This document shows, one piece after another, positions 43,359 to 56,532 of a stretch of 64,000 bases of DNA. The DNA is from Trichoplax adhaerens (Eukaryota > Animalia > Placozoa). Each line of letters begins with the position of its first letter. The stretch's first letter is position 1. The notes beneath the pieces were generated by a model. The model was not told the DNA's origin, made no database searches, and saw nothing but the letters and a program-made list of their open reading frames with translations. Where the stretch lies: positions 129,235 to 193,234 of the forward strand of contig NW_002060977.1 of the NCBI RefSeq assembly GCF_000150275.1, given 5' to 3'. Position numbers and translations under genes: made by a program.

Positions 43359-44804
43359 TTATGCAAATTGGATCATCTTTTCAACCAAGATACTTAATAT
43401 TATACCGGCTGACATACCAGCAAATAGACTTAAGATACATAAATAACCTGTTGTTTCGCGATATACTTGAGATACACAAGTTGGGGCATATGAAATAATA
43501 GATGTATTAATGTGACCGGTAGAAATTCCAAGTACCATGACTAGGACAAATAAAATCCATTCCTGTCCTTCGTTGCTTAATTTATTCGGTGGTATACATG
43601 TAGCAATACCTGCTATAACGGCAAATCTTACTAATAAACCGATCCAGGCAATTCGTGTAGAATATGGTAAGGTTGTGGCTAATGGTCCACGACCTACAGT
43701 ATCTGATAAACTGTAGACTAAATAGAGAACCAGAAATGTCCAACCTCCGCCAATGAAATCTCTAGCAAGAACGAATATGGTTGGTATAATCATATAGTCT
43801 TGTGCTGTAATCAAAAATAATAAGATACAATGATTGAGTATTTGAGGTTGTCGTAGGGTAGTACAGGCATCGGATAAGAATCGGCAACACTGAAATCGAT
43901 GACGCACGCTAACATCTTCGATCTCATGCAATGCATGCATGGCTGATAGACTGCTGTAGTGGCGATAAGTTGATTGTCGAGATACACAGAAATAGACTAA
44001 TACAGCAAGTAATAGAAGGCCCGAGCTAATGCCAAAATAACAGTAGCTTGCACCACGTGGATCATGACCAGCGACTTTGACTAACATTCGAATTACAGCC
44101 ATGACTACCGCACCTATTCCAGAACCAAACTATTGGTTCAATGTAAATATTCAGTTAAAATTGCTTTGCACGGTAATAATTTAAACAATCGAAAATCTTA
44201 TTACATCAAGTTGAATATTTATACTTGCCATTAATCCTTGCATAAACACTGGAGGAAAGCTATAGCTTGCTAATGCATAAGCATTGGATCGGACAATTGC
44301 GTTGGCTATTCCTGCAGTTAATAATACTATGTAAACGGACACAATATGAATACCTGTACATGCACTACCACACAAATGAAATTGATCGATAATTGGTAAA
44401 ATGATCAAGCAAATAGCTAGAATAACAAATCCGCCAAAGAGTTTCCTTGAAAAGTTGCATGTCCTTAGAAATAGTAATGACGCTATATTACCGAGTAGTC
44501 GAGATGATAAATAGGCCATTTCCAAACCAATATCGCTCTTACTGGTATGTAGAACATCTTTTTTAAAGTAATTTGTTGCCGAGAAGAAGGCATAAGTAGG
44601 GAATGCAACTGCAATACCAATAACTATGAATTGAATATAAGCTCCTATATTACTTTTATTTAAGGTTTCATACGGTTTCATGCTAGCCCAAGGCGAATGT
44701 TTAGCTGCAACAGGTGCTGCTGCAATATAAGTTTCGTCGATTGAGGGACGATGTCCCCTTCGAACGAAATTACCGTCTAGTAATTTTTCAACTTCAGTAG
44801 TCAT
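43359..44804 (-). CDS. SLC29A: Equilibrative nucleoside transporter (SLC29 family), ~448 aa. Exons 44229-44804 and 43359-44129
   Basis: YIQFIVIGIAVAFPTYAFFSATNYF (TM1), FPPVFMQGLM-FGSGIGAV, SDTVGRG, LGISTGHINT, APTCV..YRETTG; ~11 hydrophobic segments. Confidence 0.9.
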
Positions 44805-46209
44805 CTTTTAGTTATGGTACTCCTAGCTTACAGAATACCGTCGCTGTCTGATTACAGATTTGATTAATTATTATCAGATTATCGTAGAATAGGAATAGAA
44901 ATATTTATTTAATACGAATTCTTTGCCGAGAATGAGTCAAGTGCAAAATTTTACAGCTTGGGATTATATTTATTATCAGAGGTGACTGCTTCCGTATTAA
45001 ACTTTTCATTAAGCAAGGTTCACATCATTTTGCAGTTCCTTCAAAATTGAAAGGATTAGCAACTTTAGGATTGATTGACATAAAATATTAACATTAAGAA
45101 ATAAAATTCTTTCATCTTCATGAAGCTGTTTAATCGATACATCACGGTACCATTAGCAATTACATTTGATTCGAAAATGCTAAAACATAACGGGAAATTG
45201 TTTTTCCGAACGATATCTTTATCTACATGGCATCGACTGATGGTTTTATTCTTTAGCAGATAAATACGTAGTAAATATTGTATATAATGAAAATTTATCA
45301 TGAGATAATTCTAGGTATTAACTCAACATTTATTAGCTAATTCGGACGGATAAACTTAAATGCAAAGCGGAAAGGAGATAAGTAACTTACATTTTCATGT
45401 TTCGTTTAAGTTCATTTAAAGTTAAAAATTTTAAGAGTTTTTTTTATGAATGAATAATAGCGTGACTGTTGCTTTTGAAGATTGTATTGTAATCTTGCTA
45501 TATTACCGAATTTGAGTAATGACGCTATAACGTTCAAGAGCGATTTTCATTTAAAAATTAGCGATTCATTTTATAACTTACGGTAAGTTGATAATGAATT
45601 TGCTTTAATCCGTCAACTTTTGCTAGGTATCAGTAACTTAATTCGGAAATTAATGTACGAAAGGTAGCGCAAGGTCAGTATGGTATCTTGAACTATTGTC
45701 TTAAAATTCCTTAAGGAACCCGATGCTATACATCTACTTGAAGACATAATAAGGTAGCATATGGTGCATATTTAAATGCTGTGGCAATGATATTTAAAGT
45801 ATTACTTTTATTATACTTAACATCATGCAACTTGCAACTCCACACTATTGCTGTAAGCGCTCGTATCTGTCTCAATTTTTTATAGCTAATAGTGTAAAAT
45901 TTTGACTATGACTTTCCTTCATTTCGCTTAGATGAATGGGCTAGTACCATAACATATTATGGGACATTGATTACAATTGCAAATTGCGAGATAGAAATCT
46001 GGTTATCGATTTAAATAATGCACCGATAACGAATATCACAATTTCGGTTACCTTCATTACATAACTATTATAGAAAACGAAATATATAAATTGAAGCATG
46101 AAAAATTAAAAGTTCTGCATTATACACATATTTCACAATAATATATCTCCATGGATCAATAATATTTTCAAGATGCAATATGAGATGTGAAAAACCACTA
46201 AATATGTCT

Positions 46210-47707
46210 TTAGTCAGTCTTTTCTTCCTTAACCACTTTTATGGACCTTTTTAATTCGGCTCGCTTTACGCGAATAAGCAAAGAACCAGACGTATATAAC
46301 CAAACGCACTGAGAGTATAAGTTAATATAATACATCGAATTACGATATTGCTAAATGGATTTTAGTGCTAGATTACTTAATAAATAACAGAAGGATTGTA
46401 ATTCTACTTACCACTATAATTAAGCAGTTTATCAACGCAGGAGCGGAAAATACAATAGATATGAATAAGCCTTGCGAATCGAAGTACTGTTGACTAGCAA
46501 ATGATCTAAAGTCAGAGAAGCATTCATTAGAAAAACTGATCTATTTATTAAATGCGTTGAATATAAATTCAATTCAGTTACAGTATTGATTTATCAATTA
46601 TGTGCTAAAGTATTATTAAACTGTGTGAGTGAAATAATCTCACCTCCAATTTTGAGCAGCGTATTCATTTACGAATTGAGTAGACCAAGTCATCAGTACT
46701 AAAGCGTTATGAATAGCATAAAAACATCGAATGAATGAATAAGAAATAACATACCAATGCGTAGGCCGCATATGGACTGGGGATATTGAACATCACTATA
46801 AAAGCTGTGAGTGTGTCTCATAGTGAAGTTTCAATCGGGAGCTTGTTTAAGAGAGCAACTGCACTTTATGTTAATGAAAGAAATGCACGTTGGTGACCTT
46901 GTCCGTATTTATCATCCTTTCACTTATTATAGTTCTACGTATATCGTGCATACGGCGCAATGACAACAATATGTAATTTACAATGCAGCATACGTACACG
47001 GACGTACGTTTAGTCTAGGTATTTGGCACAAAGTAATTTGATCAACTTTATTTGAAAACTACTTTAGAGCTAGTCAATGTTAGGGTTATTTGTCCTTTTT
47101 ATTTTATAGTACTGTATATCTAAATATACAATAAGCATATTTACTTACATAGAGCTAGAAACAATATTGTTTGTAGATTTGTTCGATGTCCACTTGATAA
47201 GATAAATAGTAAGCATATGACATGGAAGGCTACCAGACCTAGCAACCATCTTTCAGTCCAGTCAATCTGGAATTCACGTGAATTCATTATATTAAAATTT
47301 ATACCTGGTATTGCGAAGATGTATTGACCCCAAAATACTCGTCCTTATTAACGTTTGAAGTCTTATCTATTCTTGCTATTATAACCACCAGCCAATGAAG
47401 ATTGTATACTACAGTTAGTTATCCTACATTGATATCCTTACTGCTTTAGATAGCAACTATCAATGCTAATAACGACGACAGTACTGCTTTATATTGAAGT
47501 CTATCCCTTTCAGCTATACTTGCTTAACAAACACGTCAATTGTCTAACTAGTTTAATTTTGTATCATGTAATCCAGTTACGCAACATGGAAAGTCATGTT
47601 TACCTTACCGTTAAAATCAATTTCCAAATGCTATCTATAACTTGGCCATTTTCTAAGGCCAATATTGTTTCTATATCTGCAGCAGCATCGTTATTCGTTT
47701 TCGCCAT
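46210..47707 (-). CDS. TMEM18: Transmembrane protein 18, ~154 aa. Exons 47609-47707, 47149-47266, 46644-46698, 46412-46505, 46210-46308
   Basis: Spliced translation [15 protein letters not shown]...[32 protein letters not shown]...basic C-terminus matches TMEM18 family motifs (DWxEPW; NWxxFSxxQYFDSxGxFIS). Exons are too short for the ORF track. Confidence 0.93.
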
Positions 47708-48070
47708 TGCTTGTTGAGTCAATTAGTTGGCGTTCAATTATATATGATAACCAAATTTACAAGTATCGATGAATACAATCTCACCAGTTAGGCGATCACT
47801 TGCAATTGCGATTGACGTACGAAGCAATCAGTCCAGTATATTATGTGTACTACAGTACTGTACAGTTTACAATTTTCTGTAATATACAAGGAAGAAACTA
47901 AATGCAAAGGCTTTTGGAAGCACCTCTAATATCCAATTTACAAGATCGATCCTACAAAGGCCGTTGTTATTGATAAGAACGCAGTCTTGCCGTTGCAAAC
48001 TTACTTTACATCATTGCCAAGCATCCATCCATTGATCGATTGTAATGCAGTAGGAGTATGCGGTGATGTT

Positions 48071-48770
48071 GTGAACTGCAATCAATGATCGATCATCTTG
48101 GTATAATCGTATTAAGAGATTTCTCATTTTTCGAATTCTCAAGTACTGTAGATCCACGTCACCGATGCTGTACAGCACAGTACTGTACTGTACAGTACAG
48201 TACACTGTGCAGTACGGTACTGTGGAGTCTAGACTGTACACTGTACTGTCGTACAGTACAGTACAGTACGAGAGACTTCCAAGGCTTACAGTACAGCACA
48301 CTGTTCACAGTACTGTACAATACAAACTAGAAGAGAAGAGTGACAACGCTTTATAATGTACTGCACTACGAGTAATTTCGAGTACTGTACATTGTACAAG
48401 TACTGTAGTGAAAAGCCTGTTCGCTCGCAAGTGAACTGCAATCAATGATAGACTTGATAGTTATGGTATAATCGTATTAAGCGATTTCTCATTTTTCGAA
48501 TTCGACTGTACTGTACTGTAGATTCACGTCACCGGTACTGTACACTGTGCAGTACACTGTTCAGTACTGTACACTACGAGGGACTTCTAAGGCTTATAGT
48601 ACCGTACAGCACAGTACAGTATTAGTCTTAGGTAGAAGTCCTTGACTGTACAGTATGGGCCTACTGTACAGTGTACAGTACACTACAGTACAGTACAGTC
48701 AAACCCTAAAAAACTGTACTGTACTGTACACTGTACAATGTACAGTACTGTACAATCTACACGTACAGTA
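48071..48770. repeat. TACAG/TACTG-rich region upstream of TMEM18, including a diverged ~360-bp-period duplication
   Basis: gtgaactgcaatcaatgat...ggtataatcgtattaag.gatttctcatttttcgaattc occurs at 48071 and 48431, each followed by different pentamer arrays. Confidence 0.85.
48577..48644. mobile_element. Tiny mariner-like MITE (CGAGGG-type termini)
   Basis: TA|CGAGGGACTTCTA ... TAGAAGTCCTTG inverted ends. Related half copies at 48268 (tacgagagacttccaaggctt) and 10723 (tagaagtccttg). Confidence 0.5.
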
Positions 48771-48771
48771 T

Positions 48772-49190
48772 CATCATATATGAATTAATTGGCGTGTAAT
48801 TAATTTGTTTAACCTTTATTTCATGCTATGTCCTTGCTCTACCAACTGATATCGATGCCATCATAACGCCAAGTACACCATATGTGAATTAATTGGCGTG
48901 TAATTAATTTGTTTATCCTTCATTTCATGCTATGTCCTTGCTCTACCAACTGATATAGATGCCAAAATAACGCAAAGTACATCATATATGAATTAATTGG
49001 CGTGTAATTAATTTGTTTATCCTTCATTTCATGCTATTTCCTTGCTCTACCAACTGATATAGATGCCATAATAACGCAAAGTGCATCATATATGAATTAA
49101 TTGGCGTGTAATTAATTTGTTTATCCTTCATTTCATATGTTATGTCCTTGCTCTACCAACTCATATGGATACCATGATAACGCAAAGTAC
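48772..49190. repeat. 104-bp minisatellite, 4 copies
   Basis: Unit catcatatatgaattaattggcgtgtaattaatttg...aacgcaaagta starts at 48772, 48876, 48980 and 49084. Confidence 0.95.
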
Positions 49191-49501
49191 AATTTATTTA
49201 TCGTGCAGGCGTATACGTACGTCTATGTTGTTATTTGTTAGCTATGCTCGTATTTAATACTTTTTCCCGAATCGTGCTGTTACAGTAATAAAAATGAAAC
49301 TATCGTAAAGCCAATTAGATACGGACGTCTACAACACTAGTATTACAACTTGCTACATTATGTACATGAGGACGAAGAAGTGCATAGTACATACTAGACC
49401 CATTTATATCCATTGGTCATCGCCTATTAGTGTGTAAACCTTAACTGACTTCATATTGAATGCCCCATGATTTTCGTAAAGCAATTTCTCGCTGACGCCT
49501 G

Positions 49502-49683
49502 TGGTCCTTAGTTTTCACGAATTTTCAACACAATGCCATTCATTTACTGATATAGACTTATAATAATCTTCTATAGATTATGTATTAAGTTATGGTCTTT
49601 AGTTTTCATGAATTTTCAACTTAATGCCATCCATTTACTTCTATAGACTTATAATAATCTTCTATAGATTATATATTAAGTTA
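49502..49683. repeat. 91-bp tandem duplication, 2 copies
   Basis: tggtc.ttagttttca.gaattttcaac...tatagacttataataatcttctatagatta at 49502 and 49593. Confidence 0.9.
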
Positions 49684-50299
49684 TAAGGTAAGACATGGAA
49701 GGAAGTGATAATATTATATCCCTAATAATATTATTAGTGCTATCAAAATTCATGCATATTCGAATATACATTATCATTGTGGTGGTAGCAAAGTTAATTG
49801 CAATCTTCATTTATACTAGTATGTATCACAACGAGGCTTTCATAAAATGAACTAATCAATAAATGGTTTAGTAGGAATTAATTAACATAAGAATAACAAC
49901 AACGTCAATGCAAAGATATATTTTAGACGTAGACAGCATTGGCAATGCGTTGTCATGGGAATAAATTAACAAATTCTCCATTTTCTTTAGGACAAGAGTC
50001 GTTTATCTTTGTCTTTCTGAATAATTAACAAACACAATAGGCGGATAGCGCATGTCCTCATATTCATCTTATAGAGCTATTTTAAGCTATACTCAATGCT
50101 ATAATTTATATATGCTACTGTCTATGTCATCAAAGAATAGGGCATTGGAAATGTTGCTTTAGCAATAGCTAATATCATAAATACAGTCTGTTCAAAGACA
50201 CATTAGTTAGTTCAAATAAGATCACAGGGCGCAACGATAGTTTCTATTTGAAATCTCTGAAAAAATATAACTCATTAGGGTTATCAATATTAAGCCAGA

Positions 50300-52283
50300 A
50301 TGGCTACAGGGTTGCAAACACGTACGAAAAAGTCACCAATCGATTTAAACAATCCACTAGCATTGCCTTCGGAATGTCGCTCGCCTCTTTTAATTTTAAG
50401 TATTGGGCAAACAACCATTGGTATAGCATCATTTCTACTAGGAATCATTGGTTTTTTACTCCCAAACAATCAGCTAAATGGCGCAATCGTTCTTGGAGTC
50501 AATATATGGGCAGGATTGATTGTACGTAGAATCCAAAAATTTTAGATGATGTAATCATCGATATTGACAAAAGTTTATGCAATACAGTAGTGAGTTTATA
50601 AAAATCTATTAAATGGTAAGCGTAATGACAAAAGTGTTTATGATGGGAATAGTTCCATCACGGACTTTTCCACGGTAAGAAAGATAGTGAATACGATATA
50701 AAAAATCATATTAGTCTATCAGTTGAATTGATCAACGCTCGTCAAGTCATTTCTTTACATTTTGAGCTTATACTCTAAAGTTATTGCGTTTATGTAAAAC
50801 TCGGATATTCGTAAAACGTTGGTCTAATGATTATTGAAATACGTTAGTATACTTTCTGTAATGATACCAATCATACTATTACCTGCCGGGAATAGTTTAT
50901 TCTTATTACTTTCTCTGCAATTCAATCGTTAGTGCACTTTAAACTCGAATTGATATTAAAAAGTCAACAACGAATTATGTTCCGATCATATAAATTTATG
51001 ACATGTCTTCCTATAATACTAATTATAAACTCGTAAATTAGATGAACGCTACACAGTCAACGATATAGTATCTTACTGTCATATAGTGTAGTTGTATAAT
51101 GTCTCTTCCTGTAATACTAATTATCTATAATCGTAAATTTGTAGATTCGGTGAACTCTATAATGTTATTAAGTTTGGCATTAATTTATTTTCACTCACTC
51201 AATATTTATTTCTACCTAATTTTTATCGACGATAAATTTTGCCTGTAGCTGTTTCTGGGCTAGATTTGTAGTGGGCTATTTCATAATATGCTCAATCGAT
51301 TTACTAGTACTATAGCTACGATAAACTTATTGATGAGGTAACCGTTAATTACATTGGGTTAAACTTAATAATTTCACTAGGACGAACTTTATCAATTACC
51401 ATTAAATCACTTAACCATTTTATTTTCATCTTTTCCTCGATCAAATTTATAGTACATGTTAACTGGTGCAACTGGCCTTAGCCTTCATAGCAAGCATCAA
51501 AGTTACATGGTGAGCCATTAACGGTTAAAGGAATTTATATATCCACCTTAAACCGGATACATATTGATTTGAAGTAAAATAAGAGGATCAAAAATTGACA
51601 ATACTGAAAAATTTTATTTTGTTTCTGTTTGTATCTTTTGTTGAAGATTTGAAATAATTTTCTTTATTTCGTTCTTTAGACACATTTATTTTTTTCCTTT
51701 TCTATGCTGAGTGTGGCTCTGACATTTGTGCACTTTTTTATCTTCCTGGGATTTTCCTTGATTAATGATCGTGCTATTGATACAAATTGGTTAAGTATCA
51801 CAAGCGGAGTTCTGGCAGGTTTAGAACTTATATTTAGCTTGATAAGCATGGCATTACTAGGCAATTTCGTTTATTGTCGACCAAATTATACGGTAATTTA
51901 ATAGCAGTACGACTTCATCGTTTTAATTTGACTTATTCCTTAATAATGTTTACAAAATTAGATTTTTTAAAAACCGTCTCATTACTTTACCGCATCATTA
52001 GGCAATCGGATTCGTTGATATAGCAAATATTCAAACGGAAAAGAAAGCTATCCAATATGTTTCACAAACGACGTATCCTCGACAATCAGGTATTAAATAT
52101 TGGCAACAACAAAGGCCATGTACAGTTGTAATACAGCTTGGCCACTATTTTGAATGAATAATCATACCTTTGTTAGCGATCACAATTTATAAGCTTATAA
52201 AATTTTGATATTTTGTTATAGATTTCTTACATGGAAAGAAGTTACCTGTTCATGAGGCTCTACCGAATTCGTCAATTCCCTAA
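50300..52283 (+). CDS. CD20/MS4A-like four-TM protein, ~213 aa. Exons 50300-50521, 51453-51509, 51680-51892, 52002-52089, 52222-52283
   Basis: LSIGQTTIGI (TM1), GVNIWAGLIYMLTGATGL (CD20-type GxxxWxG...TG), two more TMs, then YC; in-frame splicing. Confidence 0.8.
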
Positions 52284-55200
52284 AACAGATACTGAATTAT
52301 AGGGGATATGAATAACCAAATAAGGGCCTTATAAATTAGAATAAACTCGACGAAAGTCTATGGATAGACTTCATTATTTCAAAGACAAAAATGATTACCG
52401 CAAGTATCATTGGCAATTTGAAAGAGAATTAAAGGAAAATTAGCATAATTTCAGGAGAAATGAATAAATAATTGGATTCTATACCGTGAGTTAGACTTGT
52501 AGCATCGATGTTGATAAGCCATACTTCTGAAATATGATGTTTTATAAAGACTTCATAAACTGTTATGCCTACTTTCGTTTAGCTAGTAAGGCATTTTTAC
52601 TACGAAGTAATGGTAACATATTGCAGCCATGCAATTTTAGATACTTATCAGGATATTAACTTTGTTTTCGGAATTTAAAAAAGTGGATGCTATCCATTCA
52701 ATATGAACATTAAAATTGGGCAACGTATTATTCTGTATCTGCATTAAAGTTGTTATTCTTAATGTTATAAATTTCATAAGCAATCTCCTGCTGAAATTTT
52801 ACTGGAATCTAAATGATACTAGCGAACATAGGATCACGCTACGTATTAAAGAATTTCCTGGAGAACTAAATTTAAAGAGTTTTATCAAAATATAATAAAT
52901 GTTACACTATGGGATTATATAATGATTCATTGTTCGACAAAATCGAAAAAATTAATTTACAGTTTTACTTTACATTTTGAATATAATGGCTTTTGCTATG
53001 CGCTATGTATAAGTTTTGAATTTCTGTTTCATTTGTATGATACGAACAGAATATGAGTCTACTACAATACTGCTTAAGTTTAAAAACTAATTGTAAATAT
53101 GCTTAGTAACAAAGAATATGGAAATATAGGGAATTTTTTTATCCATCATATTTGTATACCGCAATTAAAGCGGTATTATTTTCTAGTTTATCATTACTCA
53201 ACATAATAAATTCAGTACTTTAACCTACATGTTTCATCATTATGATTTTTTTTAATGATTTCAATTTAAAATTTACACTTCTGCCATAGTTCCCTTAAAT
53301 TGATCAATGCTTGTATGATATCAGGTAATACTTAATCAAAATTATCGGATATGTGAGATTTTATCAGTGAATATTAATAAAATTTGGCTTTAACCATCGC
53401 ACTTGTAGCGCACTCATTCTAATTAAGGATCCTATATTTAAATAGCTATCAGCATCAAGTTTTTTAGCAAGAAATAACTAAGCGTTATTTTTCGTTATGT
53501 ATCATACCGGAAATTACTTTGAAACTATGAATTTAATGATGTATCTTAGTATACGGGGACTGGAGTAGTAAAATCAAAAGCGCATTGGTAAAGTCTCTAT
53601 GCATTATTATAATTTATTCAGAATATTATGATATCTATCAGATAGCTATTATTCAGTATGAAGAGTTACTATACCTTAGGCTTCAATTATTTTCACGTTG
53701 ATTTCGTAGGATAATTGTAACGATTTATGATTGTATACTACGTTTAATTATTAACATGCTTGCGCATTTGCTCATGCTACGGAGAAGAATAGGCAAGGAT
53801 TTATCTGCCAAGATATAAGATAGAAACGAATCTTTGACAAAAGATAACCTCTACGGCGGCCTTAAGCTACTCATATGTTATCTATGGGCATTGAATAATA
53901 GACTAAAGCGATACAGATACCGTCTTCTTCACTTTCTGTCCTGTATCAATGGTACTACCAATACTATTAAGATTTTTAAATATTTAAATAAATTATTGTA
54001 ATATTTAAAGTTCTATAAGATCGTTCAGCTTTGCATGTAGGTCAGCGACAGCTATGATAATCTGAGGGTAGTAAGTGACTGAAAGAAAACTAAGAGAAGA
54101 ATAACAGTAGAGTGTATTTGTTTTAAAGAGTTTGTTAAAGCCATGGTTACGCGTGTTAGAAAACCAGATCAACACATATAGGTCTGCTAGCGACCGAGAG
54201 AATATCAATCAGAAAATAACTGCTTTTGAGGTGATTAAATATTAATATCAATGCATAGTATAATGGGTTTAAACCAAATTACACTTTACGTAATTGCGAT
54301 ATGCAGTACTGTATGACTAGATCAAGTTAAAATGTGATATATATCTAAGATAAAACGCTACTTACTGCCGCTAGACTACGTGAATAAGTAAACTCTACGC
54401 CATCAAACCATGACTTCTAGAATTGGCATTATAATAGACAAGTAGACCTATTTATTCCTAGCGGAACACTTTAAGGTATCTTGAAAGTTCAATAACTTTC
54501 TTGATTTTAAATGCTGAATTATATATTCTATTTGACCTTTGAAATAAATACTTGTTGTAAATAAATTATTGATATAAAAGAAATCTGGTACTCATGAGAA
54601 TTTAGTAAAATAAAAAGTATTTAACTTTCATAGTAAGAAGGCAGTGGAATTATAATCAGAGAATTAATGGAACATTATAGTTGGAGAGCTAATTTAACGA
54701 CAAAGTTAAAAAGAGTATAACAATATTTACTAAGTTTGATTATATGCAAATCAAGATTTAAGATCAAATCTTGTTTCAATAGCCTACACAAGATCATTGT
54801 ATTAAGCCCATCATATGAATGATCTATGAAAATCATTGTTATTAAAGGGTCTGCAGTACTGATAGAGATTAATGAACAATAAAATAACGGGATCATAACT
54901 GACTATTTTACATAATTAGAATAAGTACAGCCTAGGTATAGACAATTATTGTCATGACCACATTGACTCTTATGCATTTACTGACATTAATAGTTAGCAG
55001 AATAAAATATACGCGGATTTCTTACCTTTCCAAGTCACAATAGGCCTACAGCACTTTAACTGCTGACAGCAGATGATATTATATTATTTTAGGGATTGGT
55101 ATGCAGTGCTCAAGTCAGCATCCAGTATTTTAGGAGAGAAAATAATAGACATCTGAGCCGAATTAAGAGAATATAATCCTACATTTACTTCACTTTTTAA

Positions 55201-56532
55201 GCCCACATAAAATTAAATATTTGGACATCGTGCATTTAATATAGGTTCGTAATATCATCAGCAATAGCGTATATATTTCGTGCCGATAAAGTTATTTTAT
55301 ATTATAACTAGTGTTAATCCCATTCTATGAAAGGATATACTGGGCTAGTAAAGTTCAATAGATATACAGTACTTGATAGGGTTATATTAGATAAAAATGT
55401 GTAGCCCGAAACAGGATAATTAATGACAAATAATATTGAAATCTTTTGCTATTTGATCAAGGATCATATCATGCAGCATTAGTGCAATCTTTAGCATATG
55501 GCACTATACAAGTATATAAAGAAGCAGAAAAGTAAGGTGTATATTACATTATGTAGCATTCGATGTCCTTCTGTTTTAAGACATATTAGTAATTTAGATT
55601 ATGTAAATTTAATATTAACAATTTTATATCAATTAATAGTGTTGCTTAATTTTATATTACAGCGTCATGCATATCTTAATATTATTAAAGTAATTCTTAA
55701 GCCCATAGAAAAGGATAGCAATAAACTGAATCTTATGATTGAATTATTGCCAAGGCTTAGAATTCATAGGCTTGAAATCAGTAATACCATCAACAAACGT
55801 ACGAGCATTATTTTTTATATATTTGCTCTGTAGCAGAGGATACACGATGGTTTATATTCATTCCTATTTAATTCTATGAACGACAGTGCCTATGCTGCTA
55901 TTTTTAGCTCATTATTGCTTATTCAAAGAATTGAAACAGTAATTATACGCTAGACCATGGAAATAATTATGGACTTCATCACAATCAAATAGTAGGCAAC
56001 TTGGATTGTTGTTTTTAATCATAACAATGAAACAATTACCGTTATGTTTTGGGTTATTTTTCTTAAGACTATGGCGATCATCTCTTAGTAATGACGACAT
56101 GAATGTCATAATGAAGGATTTGAATAGCTTTGATTTTGATTGTAATGTCTAGCAGGAGATAAAGAAAACTTTAATAATACTGTATTATAACTAATAGCGT
56201 CTCGATGTTCGTATTCCTCCTAATTGTCGAATCAAGCAAATATACTACAGTATGTGCTATGGATTTAACCAATTTTTTTAGGTACGAAGGAACTATAGCC
56301 TTCCCTGCTGCCCCTGTTATGCTTCAATCTTCATGATTCAAGTTTTTCTTGCAATATTCTATCAGATTGTCAAATAGTTATTAAGAGAATTATTTTATAA
56401 TTACGCAGCCTAGATCGATTAAACTAATCAATTTCTGTTCATTCGATATGAAGTCGAAACCAAGTCGTTTCTGGAAGCAGTTTTGATTAGCAGCTAACAA
56501 ATTAATTTATTTCTATCTCTCTCTGTTTTGAA

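Noticed and set aside
48011-48356. Three overlapping Tyr/Cys/Thr/Val/Ser-rich ORFs
   Set aside because: They are translations of stop-free TACAG/TACTG repeats; the same applies to ORFs 9675-9860 and 33641-33823.
48772-49190. CRISPR-like regular repeats
   Set aside because: Whole 104-bp units are repeated with no unique spacers; eukaryotic context and no cas genes.
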